A DNA stretch of 64,000 bases from Basidiobolus meristosporus CBS 931.73 (GCA_002104905.1 MCFE01000385.1:19470-83469), one strand, 5' to 3'; counted from the first letter of the stretch, positions 1 through 14,216 are shown. Notes: generated from the letters alone by a model not told the origin. A program made the numbers and translations.

Positions 1-1024
1 TCGGAACACTCCCTGAATGTGGGCGGGTATAGACCCCACCACTCTCAACGGAGTCGGTCCATGCCAGATCAAGGAAATGGTTATCCAAATGCTCCCGAGG
101 CACGCCAATGGGTGTGTCATCAATTCCCTCGACGTATCTCCCGAATGGCCAGAATAGATACCATGATAGTCCACGGAGAACCCGAGCATAGTCGCTACCT
201 CCATACGGGGTAAAGCTAAGGAGGATAGATGTCGCTAGACAAACCACAGCAAGCCACCAGCCAAATAGCACCGTCCACAGAATATTGCCTGGGTACAGAT
301 ACAGCTCGCCGGTAGGTGAAGGAATTGAGTGCAACGCGAAATATGCACTTCGAGTAACACTTCGAGATTTTTTATAGAGTGCAGGTTTCCAGAGGGGCAG
401 TCCAAAGGGATGGCTCGTGTTGATTGCCTGTGGGGGCGAACAAGTAAGTAGGATTACCAAATAACATCAGACAGGTCAAAGTACCTCTTGTCTATCTTTC
501 AATGTCATTTCTCTGTCACCGTCATCATCACTGTTATCTTCTTCCGAACCAGCCTCCTGGCGACCATCTACTTCATCATCCGATGATGTATACCGATACT
601 TGACCTTGTGGCTATTTCTGTTGGAACTATGTCGACTATGCTGTCTAAGTTCCCCCCTATTACTACTGCTGCTGGAAGTGGAGGAATGGACCGAGTTACG
701 TCTGGAGTTAGCTCTCGAACGATTCTTCCGGCGATGAAGGGAGCCTTTGGATTTTTGGTGACGTAGGGAGCCTCTAGTTGGAGTGGTTGGATTAGAACAG
801 TACGAGGAGCGAGTTCCCGGGATATTGATCAGCGTGTTGGTAGCAATTGAAGGTGTCACAGCGGGGAGAGTCAAGCCAGGCTGGGATGAGGTAGCTTGCT
901 CAGAGGAAGCGGCCTCATGAGAGTCGGTTTGAGCATGAAGGTTTCCCAGTGGCTGAGGCTGAGCGGCGGACGGATCATCTTGCTGCTCGGGGACAGGATT
1001 GCCATCACTGTTCGAGTTCATCAA
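1..1024 (-). CDS. VNX1: Vacuolar cation/H+ exchanger, VNX1/CAX family (5' part; runs off window start)
   Basis: Exon 1 (1024-485) ends EMTLKDRQE. A GT-AG intron (484-428) joins it to AINTSHPFGLPLWKPALYKKSRSV...GNILWTVLFGWWLA...YLFWPFGRYV. This is the characteristic N-terminal/YccF-like region of fungal Vnx1-type exchangers. Confidence 0.85.
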
Positions 1025-3404
1025 AGATCAAAGGGGACAAATTGAAGAGGGCTTAACTACAGATGAGGTGCGAAGGTGAAATTCAGGAAACTGTTGTATA
1101 CTCGAATCTGGCCACCAACGGACATGAAGGGGTAAGTTGCGTATTTAAAGGAGAGATGGGAATTAATGATACATAATTGGGCTCACCTGACGCATTAGAG
1201 TAGTGGAAATATAAGGGATTTGGACGTACGTAGCACAGTTGATTCAAACAATACTTCTTTAATGTATATACAAATATATAACGACAGCCTTGGCTTTGAT
1301 CTTTGGGTCGTTGAATTCAAGACAATTATAAACCACCTGAATCCTAATAGCTCTTTAATCTGAAATGGATGTTTCAGGAAAACGGTATCTGTGAAATCTA
1401 CGGGGTATTCAGCCTCAAATGATGCATACTATTACCAATTTCGTAAAACCAAGGAGGGCATCATTTGAGCGGACAGGAAAACGGAGCTTGAACTATAAGT
1501 ATTGAATAGAAGTGTAGGCCAAACCGAGCTCGATGCCGGGTTGATTGAAGAGCTCCGTTCAATGCCGCTTCTTGTGTGACACCCTCTATGTCATCTGCCA
1601 GACAAATAAGTTGATCTCCACCAGAAGTACCGTGCCAGGAATCTAGTTCGTCCTACATTATATTTATTGCATACCCAGTTATGGATTTTGTTATCTTGAT
1701 AACCACGAGTAGAATGGAGGCTGGCAGTGTGCCTAGTATTTGGCCATCATATACTTCGCCGTCCTCGAATAGCCTTGATGTTTGGGCCATTCTACTGAAT
1801 GCTGCCTTGGCTTGGTTGAGCCACAAGCAGGTGTTGAGGTGATTTGGAGCATCAATGGCACGGCAGCATACTATCGTGCAGAATATTCGGAATTTCCACT
1901 ACACTGGTTTATGATCACCCTTACTACATGCACCAAGACAAAGGAGTGCGAATCCTTGAAATAGCACATACCCTATGTGCTTCTTCTGAGTTGCATTCTG
2001 TGATAAGCGATGTGGATTTCAATTTGCTTTTGCTACATCGGTGGCTACTGGGGATACAGCATTGGGTGTCGAGATGACACACTACCTTCGAGCCAATATG
2101 AAGTACGGGCACCAGAGCAGCCGGCATATATGAGATGTGTCGAATGCACCAAGAAATCGAGAATACATTGCTGTCGACTCATTGGACCGCTCACGTAGAT
2201 GCATATATTCCCATCCATTTAATCGTCGAATCTCATTAAATATGTATTTACACCAGAGCTGAAAAAGGAGATGGAATCATCCTCGGGATCAGGAAACGAC
2301 CGATGCAAAGATGATATCATTTACTCCGCCTCACTCCAGAAAATCTGGGACATCCTGTGCTATCATCAAATGAGCCACGAACCGACTGAAGTCACAACGT
2401 CACTTGTAGTGTGTCGTGAGCTTTATGATATTGAATTCATATGATCTGACGCCAGCGATTATGTGCTAGATCCCGGGACACATCCCTCCAACATGAAATG
2501 CCAAACCCCTCACATTAGACTCTCCAAAAGGCACCGTGGATGGAGAGGCAATCCCAGAAACTCTTGGTTGTTTCTGCATCGGGGGTGGGCTCCTCTGCAA
2601 GGCTTCAGTGTGACAGTGAAGTTTCCAGAATTCCTCAACCCGATTTAACCGGTGTCATGTTATATGAAAAATCCCTTGGTTTTTCGTAACGCAAATTCAG
2701 GTGTTTCTTGCCTCATTATTTATGGATATGTCTCATTCATGTACTAATCGGTGCATCATTGCTATGTTCATCTACAGGCGAGCCACTCAACTATCCGCTT
2801 ACTTGATGAATCGGTGTGAAAGCCAAGGACCATTAGATGAGGAACCCAACTATGCACCAACTCCACCGAACGTCAAGGTGCTCTGTGGATGGTTATATTG
2901 ATTGTTGGCGTGAGCTAAGATACTGATTCAGTAAAGGGGAAAACCTGACAATGTTTCATTTTTATCACTTTTGGGTGTTGAGTACTTCAGACTTCAGGAC
3001 AGGTGATACAGAAACCACCTATCTCTAAGCTCAATATCCGCTGGCACGTCCCAGATTAGAGTCCTTTCCACAGTCGCTTTAATGAGTACTCCGCACGATC
3101 ACGAGGTGATGTCAAACCTCATCTAACCTAATCTCTACTCATTGAGTTTACTTGTGTTTTAATTCCAGTGAAGACCGGCACTCATTTGACTCGGAGGAGG
3201 GGATTTTTCCGAGGGTAAATAGTTGTCTACGTTTACCAACTCCTCTGGCGGTATATTTGGAGGCTGAATTAACAGTTTGCGATGATTGGGTAATTAATAA
3301 CGGTTGATATCAGTGTTTATTAAATAGTGTGATGAATGATAAATATCAACCCAGGTTACTATATGGTAATGGGGATTCTAGGACTCTTACTCTGTATGGC
3401 TCAT

Positions 3405-5478
3405 TTAAAATGCAACTGCCAAAGCTAAGAGCGAAAATATAGCGTACATGATGTTCAGCATATCTGCAGCTCCGTTGCCACCACTTTTGGAGACGGCTTT
3501 TAGAGAATAGAATGGTAAACAGCTGACTCTGAAAAACAAGCGACATCCGGGTTACTTACCACTGCAATCAGCTCGGCATATCTTTGCCAACGCGGAAGGC
3601 GGAACGTTCTCCTGGCAGGTGAATTTGTTGGAGAGGGCTATGCAGTTGGTACGATTCAAACTTGCTGGCAAATTTGGGAACAATCCATTTAGATGATTGC
3701 GTTGAATATGACTGTGGTTGACAATAGCTTAGTGAGAGTGTCAGATGGAGCCAAACCCCTCAAATGCTTACAGCGAAGTCAGTGCTTTCAGATTTTGAAG
3801 ATCCGGCACTTGGCCCACGAGTTGATTATCCGACAGGATACTAAATGGTGCTGTTAGATATTGACCAACAGAATGCAAAGTCGAATAGACTCACAGTTTT
3901 TCCAGGTTGACGAGGTTGCCTATGCTCTTGGGTATCACACCAATCAATTTGTTGTGAGAAAGATCCCTATTCAACAGCATTAGCATTATGTTTTAGGCTG
4001 GGCAAAAGGTTTAACCTACAGTGTATGGAGATTCGTCAGCGTAGTGTAGGAGGTGGGGATTTCACTTTGGATTTTGTTATTCTTGAGCTTGCTGAAATTG
4101 AACGGTAAGATCAGGTTCATAGTCATAGGTGCAGATTTCCTACTTACAGAGTGCGAAGGTTGGTACATTTAGAGAGCCCTTCAGGCAATGATCCAGTCAA
4201 GTGATTTTGGCTCAGGTATAGCCCTTCAAGGTTGGAAAGATTACCGATATCGTTCGGAAGAGTTCCCGTAATGTTGTTTCCGTCAAGTGATCTAATATCA
4301 CGTTGAGTCAATGACCATGCGATGGTCTACATGGATGGAATGAGAAGCATACAAAACTTGTAGGGCGTTCATCTGATAAATAAAGGCTGGCAGCTCCCCA
4401 AGAGAATTGTTTGCCAAATATCTAATACCAAGAGATTAGCTCGTCTTGCAACAAACGATTCCATAGATGGAGAACCTACAGGCCCTTCAAATTGGTGAGT
4501 TGGCTCATGGTATTGGGCAAAACGTTGATTTTGTTTGCATTCAAGTGTCTGTGAGAAAATAGCTAATTGGTTAGGCTGCTTCTTTAACCTCGAATATGCC
4601 ATATACATACAGGCTTTGGAGGTTGACTAGATTTCCGATAGACTCAGGAATCGATGTTATTCCAGTATTTGCAACGTTGCTGGCTAGTGGTTAGAAAGCC
4701 TCAAAGGCTGAGAAAGACATCAATCCAAACTTACATCGATATTAATGTTGTAACTTCGGTAATCTCGGAGAGAATATTACTTAATGTGTTGTTGCTAACG
4801 TCTCTACAAAAAGACAACAGAGTCAGTGATATTCTAATACGTCTGAACGATACGACTTACATGGTGAGCAGTCCATTAAGCTGAGATACCTCGGCTGGTA
4901 GTTTTCCCGAAAGATTGTTTTGCGCTAAATCTCTGTAATGGCTGTAAGTTGATATGTGCGCTCCACATTCAAATAACAATTACTCCGTACAATGACTTGA
5001 TGCGACCGCCCTTATTACACTGGACACCTTGCCAACTACAGCATGATGCCAGATCCTCGCTGGTCCATCCATTCTTCTGAACCCAGTTGTTTCCGCTGAG
5101 AGCAGTAAATACAGACTTGAGCACACGACAGTTGCCTTTGAGGTTCTCGTACTGGGCGTCAGACAAAACAACGTCAGACGGAAGCCCAGGGATGTTTGGG
5201 TGGCCAGTAGGACCAGGTTTCTCTGAGGTATCAGTCTCGGGGTCAACAACAGTTACATCTATAGGACCATCATCCGTGGGACTTCCATCGTCTTTATCAT
5301 CTCCATCATCGGTGGGATCAGGCCCTGAATCCCAATTCGTGGATTCATTCTCGTATTGGGTAGGGGTGGGGCTAACTCCGCTTCCATCTTCGGGTTCGCT
5401 ACCATCACTCTCTTGTGCAAGCACAAAGGACAACAACGCTAAAGAAAAGATCACTATGTAAAGACTACGAAATCTCAT
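3405..5478 (-). CDS. Secreted, probably GPI-anchored leucine-rich-repeat protein with plant-type LRRs (~455 aa, 11 exons)
   Basis: Manually spliced exons: 5478-4991, 4932-4861, 4803-4735, 4679-4611, 4421-4353, 4291-4148, 4091-4020, 3966-3895, 3840-3772, 3711-3560, 3496-3405. Order: signal peptide MRFRSLYIVIFSLALLSFVLA, acidic linker, N-cap NWVQKNGW..CCSWQGVQC, LRRs such as DLSHNKLIGVIPKSIGNLVNLEKL, Cys C-cap, then terminal SGGNGAADMLNIMYAIFSLLALAVAF*. Confidence 0.88.
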
Positions 5479-6332
5479 GATACATAAACTCCGAGGATCA
5501 GTAGACTTGGCGAAACTTATATGAAAAACGGGCACGTTTAAAAATAGCTTTCATGCCCCATAATTGCAGCACGACGCCATGCTGGTGGTACAAGGTTTGC
5601 CGTGTGTACTGATAAAAAGAAGGCCAATATTTGTAGGATAGCGGCGTGGTTGGCTAAGAAAATCGGTGTTTTCCATACATTATTCCACACCTCAAGCAGC
5701 AGTCCATGAGTGCGCAAGCTAATGAGCCGCAACTTATTCTGGACATCATTTGCCATATTCGTCGAAGTCTATTTAGCTAAAGCCCTCATCACCACCAATC
5801 AGTAGATGGCTCGATTTAGCAAGAACTGAATATGTGAATAGGCGGATGAAAACTAGATCGACGCATGTTGATACCACATAACCGTGTACTGAGCTAGATT
5901 CCTCCGCCACCTTCAAGCAATGGGAAGGTGATGTCACATCGATGATTTGCTCAAAGTTACTCATCTGGAAGCATAGTTGATTTAGATTTGCAAATCAGGT
6001 ATAAAGAGTCTGCTTTTGGTAATCATGGTCGTGTTGTGTTATATGGACATAGTGATGGGTGATTCCCTTTTAAAGGCGCCACTAGTAATTAGGTAACAGC
6101 ATGATGCAAACCAGCCAATATTGAACACCATGTTAAAGCCTAGAGATCACAGACTCTAGATGCTGTAAGACGTCATATTAGGCTTGACAAGCGTAGTGCC
6201 ATTGTGACTTCACCCTGAATAGGGCTGTAGCATTGTTCATATTGTCCAGAAATTAATTCTTTACGTATATTAGATCATTAGAATATCGTTTAGATGGGTA
6301 GGAAATGAGAAAGCATAGCGGGAGAGGGGGAC

Positions 6333-8250
6333 TCATGGCGATTTAGAATTCGTAAATGTGTTTTCGCTCTCGTTCAGCCAAGAGGGTGCAACCAACTGGC
6401 ATAAGCCAGGTTGCAATTCAATGCGAATAGGCCCAGGTATGACAACCTCGCCATCTACATCCAAAATTCCTTGGCGCACTTGTGATGGGTTGTTTTTGCT
6501 TACACGGCCGATGGGCTCCAGGATAATTGCTCGGGCTCTAATGTGGTTTACAAAATCTCGATCAACATACCCACCCTCGGCGCTTTCAAGCATGATTTGG
6601 AAGTACTTTCCACTAGAGACCTTTTCAATCCAGATTAGATCGATGTATCCACTGTTCAATCGGCTGTGTTTACATGCTAGAAAATCTGTAGAGATCCATG
6701 GGATATTTAGGGCAAAGAATTGACTGAGCGAGCACTCTCGAGAGATCCAAGGTTCCGAGAGTTTCTCTTGGACTGGGAGAGAAACCTTGTCGACATATGC
6801 AAAATGGGTGCTATCCTCATGCTCATCAGAACTAGTCAGGCTGTCGACAGGAGCATCATATGGAATATAATGGATTTTTCCTTCATAAGATCTAAGATTA
6901 AGGAGCCGTAAGAGTGCGTAGATTGTTAATCTAGCGGGGCCAGCCCAACGTAACTTCTCGGATTCGATATCCACATCTGCAACATATCCCCAAGTCGCCA
7001 TTACAAAGGAATGTCTTATAGAATCATCGGCAAGTTTGGTGACCATAATATCAAAAGGCCGCGTTGATCCTAACAGTAAGAGGAATTAGAAGTGTCTTTT
7101 ATACTTTGGATGCGAAAGGGCTTTACCAGTGATCATATTGACGGTAGACAGCTCCGGGGAAGGAGTGCCAACACTCATGGCTAGAGCATTTCCAGATCCT
7201 ACAAAGATGACATTAAACACAAGTCGGTTATGCTATGAGGTATGTATATAACGTACCAGCAGGAATTATCCCAATAGGAGTTGTCCTAGCCTCTTTCCAA
7301 TCGTCACGTGCCAATACACCATTCTTATATATCGTCAATGAGCTTAATGTCATTGGGATAGCTTAGTGTTGCCAAAAACTACTAACCAAAAACTCATGCA
7401 ATAGTCCGTCACCGCTAATGGTTGCAGCAGCATCATATTGTTTGTAATCGTAGGTTTCTGCAATTTCTTTTGCATGCAAAGGCCTTTCCGTTTCTAAAAT
7501 GGAGAGGAATCAGTGAATGCTCTAAAAGAGAAATCTGACAGCAATTCGGACTTATTAAAGTGTGTTGAACTCCAGCCATTTCCAACATTGGCAAAACGAT
7601 CTTCTCGTATATTGAAAGAGCTCTTTTAGTTCCACTTGCTGGATTTAGCAGCAGTAAAATGTTACGAATAGCCCCCTTGCGCGCTTCTAGATAATCGATA
7701 TCAATGATCCGGTATTTTCTATGTCGAAACTCGGGATTACTTACCGGAGGGTTGTAGAAAATCACGAATCTTCTCCACTAATATCTCTGCTTCTTTCACA
7801 GATGAACATGTAAAAGTCCAAGTGTCAGGCACTGCTTTCCGGTTATCCTTTCCAAAACCAAAGATGGTAAATCGAGTGGAAGGAGCATTGCGAATACATT
7901 TGTGGCAGTTTTGAAGATTTTTGAAGTTGCTATCTGATTGAGTATATAACACTGAATAAGCCACCCCTGGAGGAATTTCGAAATTTTTGCTGGAAACTAA
8001 AAAAAGTTAAGGGAAGGGCGGGATTTGTTTGGCTTCGAAGATACCATAACTTACCTGTGGTGGAATTCCAAGAGATCCCCTCTTTTGTGATAGAAATGTG
8101 ACCTGGGATACTTTGCTTTGCCGAAATAAAGGAAATTTCTTTGGTAAAAGGAGTAAGTGCGGCCTGCTTGACTGAAACCTCGCCAAGTGCGGACTTCAAA
8201 GGTTCTAGTGGGTTATCAAATACAACCGACGAGAGATTTCCTTCCAACAT
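6333..8250 (-). CDS. Sphingoid long-chain base kinase / sphingosine kinase (DAGK catalytic domain, LCB4/LCB5-like), multi-exon; start uncertain
   Basis: Motifs LLLLNPASGTKRA..IYEKIVLPMLEMAGV, WGYVADVDIESEKLRWAGPARLTIYALLRLLNLRSYEGKI and ILDVDGEV. GT-AG introns join ORFs 7930-8301, 7737-7964, 7433-7765 and 6333-7046. Confidence 0.9.
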
Positions 8251-9723
8251 AAGTGATAATGCCTGAAGTGAAGTGAAAAAGAGTAGCTGTACAAATTGCA
8301 AATTTGTGTTGCAAAATTAGCTAGAGTACTGTCCGAATCGTTTATAATAAACAACATTAGGAAAAGATCCACGTTCTGATACAAGCCCAACCAATCAACA
8401 TAACCACGGGTAATATTGCCCCCTCTACGCGGCATAGAGTATCATATCTCCGAAAAATCCGATGGTTGCAGAATATCAGCGGGAAAATACGCCAAGTCGG
8501 AGGCGAGTATACGTTATGTTCCCACGACTCAGTAGTAAATCAATGAAAATTATCTCGGAATAGCATAAAATATGACGGGTAAACTATGGGTAAAATTACT
8601 GGCTAAAAAAAATCAAATGACCCATTCCTTAGAAGATGACATTTATCGTTCAGGAACGAAGAAGTTTCTACTGAAATTTTCGGTGATATTTCGAAGCATG
8701 ATCACCGCGGATAGCACGTGATCCATAAGAGGGAAGATCTCCCAACTTACTAGCCCATCCAGGCCTTTACGCGACTTGATCCATCGGCCGTAACCAATAG
8801 GTTACTCCGCGTTCTAAAAATAAAATGCCCACTACGCACAAGTCTACCCATGCTCTGATTTCATGTGAAAGTAGTAGATATATACTGTACAGCGCGAAAC
8901 AGATTAGTTGTAACACCTTTTAAGGATATATTCCGGGTACTAATTATCGGTGATGCCAACCGAAACCCATTAATCCGCGAGATGTGCTATTCGTTCGTAC
9001 CACATTTGACGTAATGACAGCATAATATCCGTTGATTTGTCGTACTCAATACTCGCTGCATGGTGTTGCATAGATTCACAATCAGCCATGCGCTTAATCA
9101 GGTTTTCCTCCTGATTTCATTACAGGACCCAATTTGTGAAACTTGGCAACATGTATTTGCGTGTGGAATTGCTGAATACTGTTTCAATTATAAGTAGGAA
9201 GATACATTGAATTCTCCCTTAATCATAACAAAACAAGCTGTTGCAACCGCTTGTGTCAGAGTCAAGACTGAACACATGGCTAATATATTGGGTGGGCTTT
9301 GTGTGTCTCTCTGACCAGCTTAAACCAGCTGAATCTAGCGAATGCTGAATCAATGTAACAGCAGATACAGACAATCCTCCCTGGTGCGTGTGCACCATTT
9401 TGAATTAATGCTTTGATATAAATAAATGTTATTGGCTTCGCCACTTTTGCATGTATTCGGAAATGCAATTTCTAGAAATTTGTGGCTTCATTATTAAGTG
9501 AACCCTGTACTTCATCACAATCGTGAGGAGGTACCGATCTAAGTAATGTGACCAACCCAATCATGATCAAGTGATAGGGCATGTCCTACCGCAGGCCAAT
9601 CAGTCCGCACCTTAAATGTATATATATTCCAACGCATCTCACCCATATTCTACCTTCATCTTTTTCCTACTTCACCAGTTGTTACATTTGTTCTTATATA
9701 TCAATTTTGTAGAATACTTCGCC

Positions 9724-10434
9724 ATGCTTTGTGAATCTATTGTCCCCCAGATTTTCCGTCCCTCTCCTCACTTTGTCGAGAGGCCTCAATCTCCCTCCGT
9801 GTGTTTTTCTGCCCAGCCTGCTCCTATCAAATCGTTCCGTTCTTCTCCCCTGATCTGCTCCTCAGATGACCATCAGAATTCCCCAATTTTAGCTCCATCA
9901 CCAAAGAAAATGACCTATCGTGCTGGTAGTTTTAGTTCCGATTGTGATGATTATTTCCTGGGCGCATTACCCACTTTGGCCGAGGATAGTGACGAAGATA
10001 GTTTTGATGGCGATTCCATTTCTGAGCATTCCGATAATAGTGAATCCAACGAAGCCTTTGCGGAACTCTTCAGTATTATCCATAAGCCTTCATCTCGTTT
10101 TAATGAGGATCAGTTTGATACTGAGCACTTTGAGGAAAGCATCGATGAGCAGTCGTCATGTGATTACTTCGGCCGCTCTCCCATATCTCGCACACAAAAC
10201 CCCTTACCCTTGGATACAATGTTCTACAATGGTGGATCCAATGCATCGAAGGTCAAGGTCTATAATCCTTCCTACTACAGCGCCACTCACAAGCCTAGCC
10301 ATGTCGCGTCCCCCGCATTTTCCAAAACGACTGTTGATTCTCAACCTATGCACCTTTCGTTTGAAAAGCTGCGCATCAGACCCCGCTCACACAGTGTTGG
10401 TGCTAAACCCGGCAAGTGTGGTGTCATCTTTTAA
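9724..10434 (+). CDS. Hypothetical Ser/Pro/acidic low-complexity protein (~236 aa)
   Basis: Single long ORF from ATG 9724 (MLCESIVPQ) with gene-like composition. No recognisable domain. Confidence 0.65.
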   Translation: MLCESIVPQIFRPSPHFVERPQSPSVCFSAQPAPIKSFRSSPLICSSDDHQNSPILAPSPKKMTYRAGSFSSDCDDYFLGALPTLAEDSDEDSFDGDSISEHSDNSESNEAFAELFSIIHKPSSRFNEDQFDTEHFEESIDEQSSCDYFGRSPISRTQNPLPLDTMFYNGGSNASKVKVYNPSYYSATHKPSHVASPAFSKTTVDSQPMHLSFEKLRIRPRSHSVGAKPGKCGVIF

Positions 10435-12216
10435 ATACTGCCATCGGAGTATGGAGGAATGAAGAGATGCGACCATCTCGTAACTCCTGTATATATATAT
10501 ATATTTTGATATTTCCTCTTTGTTGGCTTGTGTTTATCCTAAATAGCATTTCCACCCTATGTCACGAACGTATACGGTGTTGTAATTCTCGTCTGATAGA
10601 AACCTTGTTCATATCCTACATCATAAATTAATGCCACATTGTTGATAAACTACCAACCATCTTTCAAACACTAAGAAATTAAATCCATGGTCATTTAATT
10701 CACCAGTAATCGGAAGGAAAACACTCATAACAACAAACATTGTCTACAACATTAAAAGCACCTGGTATACAAAGTCAGTGATAATCGGAAGATTTAGATC
10801 AGGATTCAGCACATTAAGTTTGGTATTACTACAATATATGTCTAAGTCGCCCACACCACGGATTCATTCAACACTTGTTCGATACCCGATATTTTCCCAC
10901 CTATCGCTCTGGAACGCGACAATCCAAAAAATTCCTGGTCCTCATTGCATCTCACTGTTGGGTGGGAGTGTTTGGGAAGCCGCGGTATATGCAGTTTTTA
11001 CCCAGTTACCCCTACAGACTTGAACTCCGGCATAGGTAAATGCGAGGTTCTCACATTTCGGTACGAATATTCGGTTCTATCCATAATGTGTGTGTAAGGT
11101 AAGGTTCACCAAATATTGTTGGATTTAAACATGTTTATTGATCAAAGTGAAATGTCCCGTCAATTTGGATCTAAGATGGTGTATTTGTGAAATAGTCTGG
11201 AGAATCGGAGCGTCAGTGCAATAGATGATTCCGCCTTTCTAATTATATTCTTCGGCTACTACAGGGCCTTATTATATACTGGACTTTAGCTAATATAGAT
11301 AGACGTCAACACAGCCATTAGGCGCAAAAGGTCCTATGACCGTTTCAGTTTGAAAACGAAGTGGTGTATAGCTTGTTGTGGAGGATGGGATTTTTGGATA
11401 TCGTATATTGGTGGGGTATAGGGTGCTTTTGTTAAAGCCTCACCAATGTTGAAACAACTGGTGATGGTAGTTGATCTTGTTTGAATGCCAATTTGGATAT
11501 CATAATTGGCCACAATTGTAAGCTGATTCTGTTCCCTCCAATCACTGCAAGTGATCACAGTGATGAGTCTCATTTTAAAAGGGGCAGACATCCTTAATTT
11601 TGTTCGTTGTCGATTTTGTAAACAAACATACAAAACCTGATTTTTATTTAACTACAAAATTAGCCTTGGGTTCGAGTTGAGGATAAACCTTCTACAAGGA
11701 GAATTTGTTAAACCAGTAATTCGGCAATCATCAAATGAGATCTACGAAGGTTGGTTATTGTATGTAAATGCTATTGAGGCTTCTCCGTTTTACTTCACAC
11801 CGCTTAAACAGAGTCGCTCCACAACCCGGTCGAATGAACAATACGCTCAAAAGGGTCAGTTGGAAGGTAGCCTACAGATGTTTAATCAGTAACTTGTATG
11901 CTGTCGTTCACATGTACTATGTGGGTAAAGATAGCAAAGATATCTATCTTTTATCGCCAGAAGCATCAGGAGCGCACATGAAGGAGTCTATGTCCAGTTA
12001 AGAAACACTCAAATTCCTGGTATAGCGGATGGAAGTTATTTACCGAAGTTTTAATGGTCATGTGTTTACTAGGCCCTCTCGCTACCATCACATCATCTCC
12101 TTTTCGATTGAACAGTTCACCGAGTCAAGATCTATTGTGGGTAATGACTGGGTAAGTTAATTATCGTAACGAAGGACTGCCAGCATTTAATAATTAATGG
12201 ATGGCGTAGTGGGGTA

Positions 12217-13878
12217 ATGGGTCATTGTGAATCTTCTGAGCAATACGCTACATCTCCGACCTATTCAAAACATGAGGTTCAAAATGAAGACAGTGAATAT
12301 TTTAATAATGATAAATTTGAAGTCGGGTTGTGTGATGTGGTATGTTTGTAGAGCAATCTTTTGTCAGTTTAATGTTTGTAAATTTGATTCTTAGGACGAT
12401 TTCGAGCAAAATGTCAATAAGCCTTTGAACGATTTCCCCGAGAACACATTGAGAAGTTTACTTCAATTGAGTCAAATAGTCCCTACAACACTACTTAGTG
12501 AGGAATCATCAGATAAAATAGATACTTGCAACTTCCTTCCAAGTGACCGTAGTAAACCCATACAAATTTAGTTAGACCGCACAGTATTAATATTTCTGTT
12601 ACAGAAGATCTCAAATCTCATGTTCCTCGAGTGGAAATGGGAGAGCAGGTAACTATTGTGGATAAAAGTTGAAGACTTGACCCAACTAACATATGATTAT
12701 TAAGAGTCCACATCACCCGATAGATATTCCCAAGTATTTAAATTGGGATTCAAAAGCACTCGCAGAGGCCAAATATTTAGTTCCCTCATTAAACTCCGCG
12801 GAATCATGTTGGTTCAAAATATTTTGTCCTTAAGCTGAGGTGAGGATAGAATTGTTGACACCTTTATCCTTACAAAGTAGAGAACAATATCCAGGATGTT
12901 TTTGACGATAACTCTTTTGAGACCTGTTTCTTGAAATTCACCGGTGGCAATGTTGGCCTCGAAGAAAGCAAGTCTTTAGCAGCAATGCTTGGTAACGCCG
13001 GAGAAAATCATTGCTCTAGCCCTTCAGACAGCTTGGAATCTTATCCGAAAAGTTACGAGCTTGATCATCATGCGCTCAACGTTGACTTTGAAATGACGGC
13101 ACTTGATGCTATTAATATCAAGAATGCGTTGTCCAATTACTCGTTGAAGGACACACGATATATGAATAAAGCTCCAGCCACACAAGCAGCAAATAGGGCT
13201 AGTTTAGAGCAAAGACCAAATAGTAAGTTACAGAATATGTGGATTCAGAGCGGCAAAGAAAGTTCACATCTTTTGAATTGCTAGATTTAGACTATCGTTA
13301 CATTGACGAAATAGAGGAATGGAAATCCAACCCGCCTCGTTTCAGAAACGATATGTACACCCCAAGATGGATCCGTGGATGTGGTAAGAACAAAGTTGGA
13401 TTATGTCCTATATGCGAGCAAAATGGGCAAATGAATTGCTTTAAACTCAAGATTAGTGCATATTGGTATACGTAGCACTCAGATTTTATGGCTAGCCTTC
13501 ATGCCAATATCTTCCACCTCATTTAGGTATCATATGAACTTCTTCCATGGGATATCATCAGTGAACGGTAGACCATTTGCTAGTCCAGTAGAGTATCGTA
13601 TGATCTCTGACAAGAGGGGAAAACTCCGGAGTAAAAACGCTTTATCAAAGCTTGACAGACCTTCCCGGATGGTGCAGCAGGGGCAATGCCACGTTTGCGA
13701 AAAATGGATCTACTTAGAGAGTCCGAAGGATCTTGAGGTCAATGTCCCAGAGATATATTGGTGGAAGCATGCACAGAAGTGTCACAAAATAGGGTTTGTC
13801 GAAAATACCGAATTGGATCCTCCAGCCCTTCTGAGAGCATGTATTGCTGAGCAAGATTCAAAACTTCCCGCGAAGTAG
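12217..13878 (+). CDS. Rua1 C-terminal / DUF4451 (Meu26-like) domain protein, putative transcription regulator; 5' exons approximate
   Basis: Introns 13224-13284 (GTAAGT..CTAG) and GTATAC..TTTAG at ~13.47-13.53 kb give PRFRNDMYTPRW.RG.GKNKVGLCPIC...FKLKISAYWYHMNFFHGISSVNGRPF...QGQCHVCEKW...YWWKHAQKCH, the DUF4451 signature. Confidence 0.8.
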
Positions 13879-14216
13879 AGTCCCAAGGATTTATTTATTT
13901 CCGGAACCTTAACGTCTGAAAAAATTAACAAAGCTTTATTATACCAACACCGTTGCTTGTTGATTATTGATGGATGGCGAAGCTTGCTGTACATCGCTTC
14001 CCAACATTTGGCTCTGGACGCATGATCTATATTTGGATTTCGTATCACCTGCTTTGGAGATGTGGTCTTGACAGATATTAATTTGGAATCATGGTCACCG
14101 ATTGAGGAGTGAATGTCCATCCTCTAAGCAGTTGTAAATTGGGGTGTACCTAGTCGGAAATGTTGTCATCATCATATATTACTTCCTATTGCATTGAAAC
14201 ACCCAGCCTCGCGTCT

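Noticed and set aside
1440-2900. Possible multi-exon minus-strand gene (segments LWCKYIFNEIRR.., AIDAPNHLNTCLW.., DELDSWHG..)
   Set aside because: I could not build a consistent splice model or recognise a family. It needs RNA-seq and is left unannotated.
10490-10504. (TA)7 microsatellite
   Set aside because: Ordinary short repeat in a 3' flank.
10600-12050. Short ORFs 10778-11023, 11334-11633, 11677-11892 and 11768-12001
   Set aside because: No motifs, splice support or coding-like composition. Treated as intergenic.
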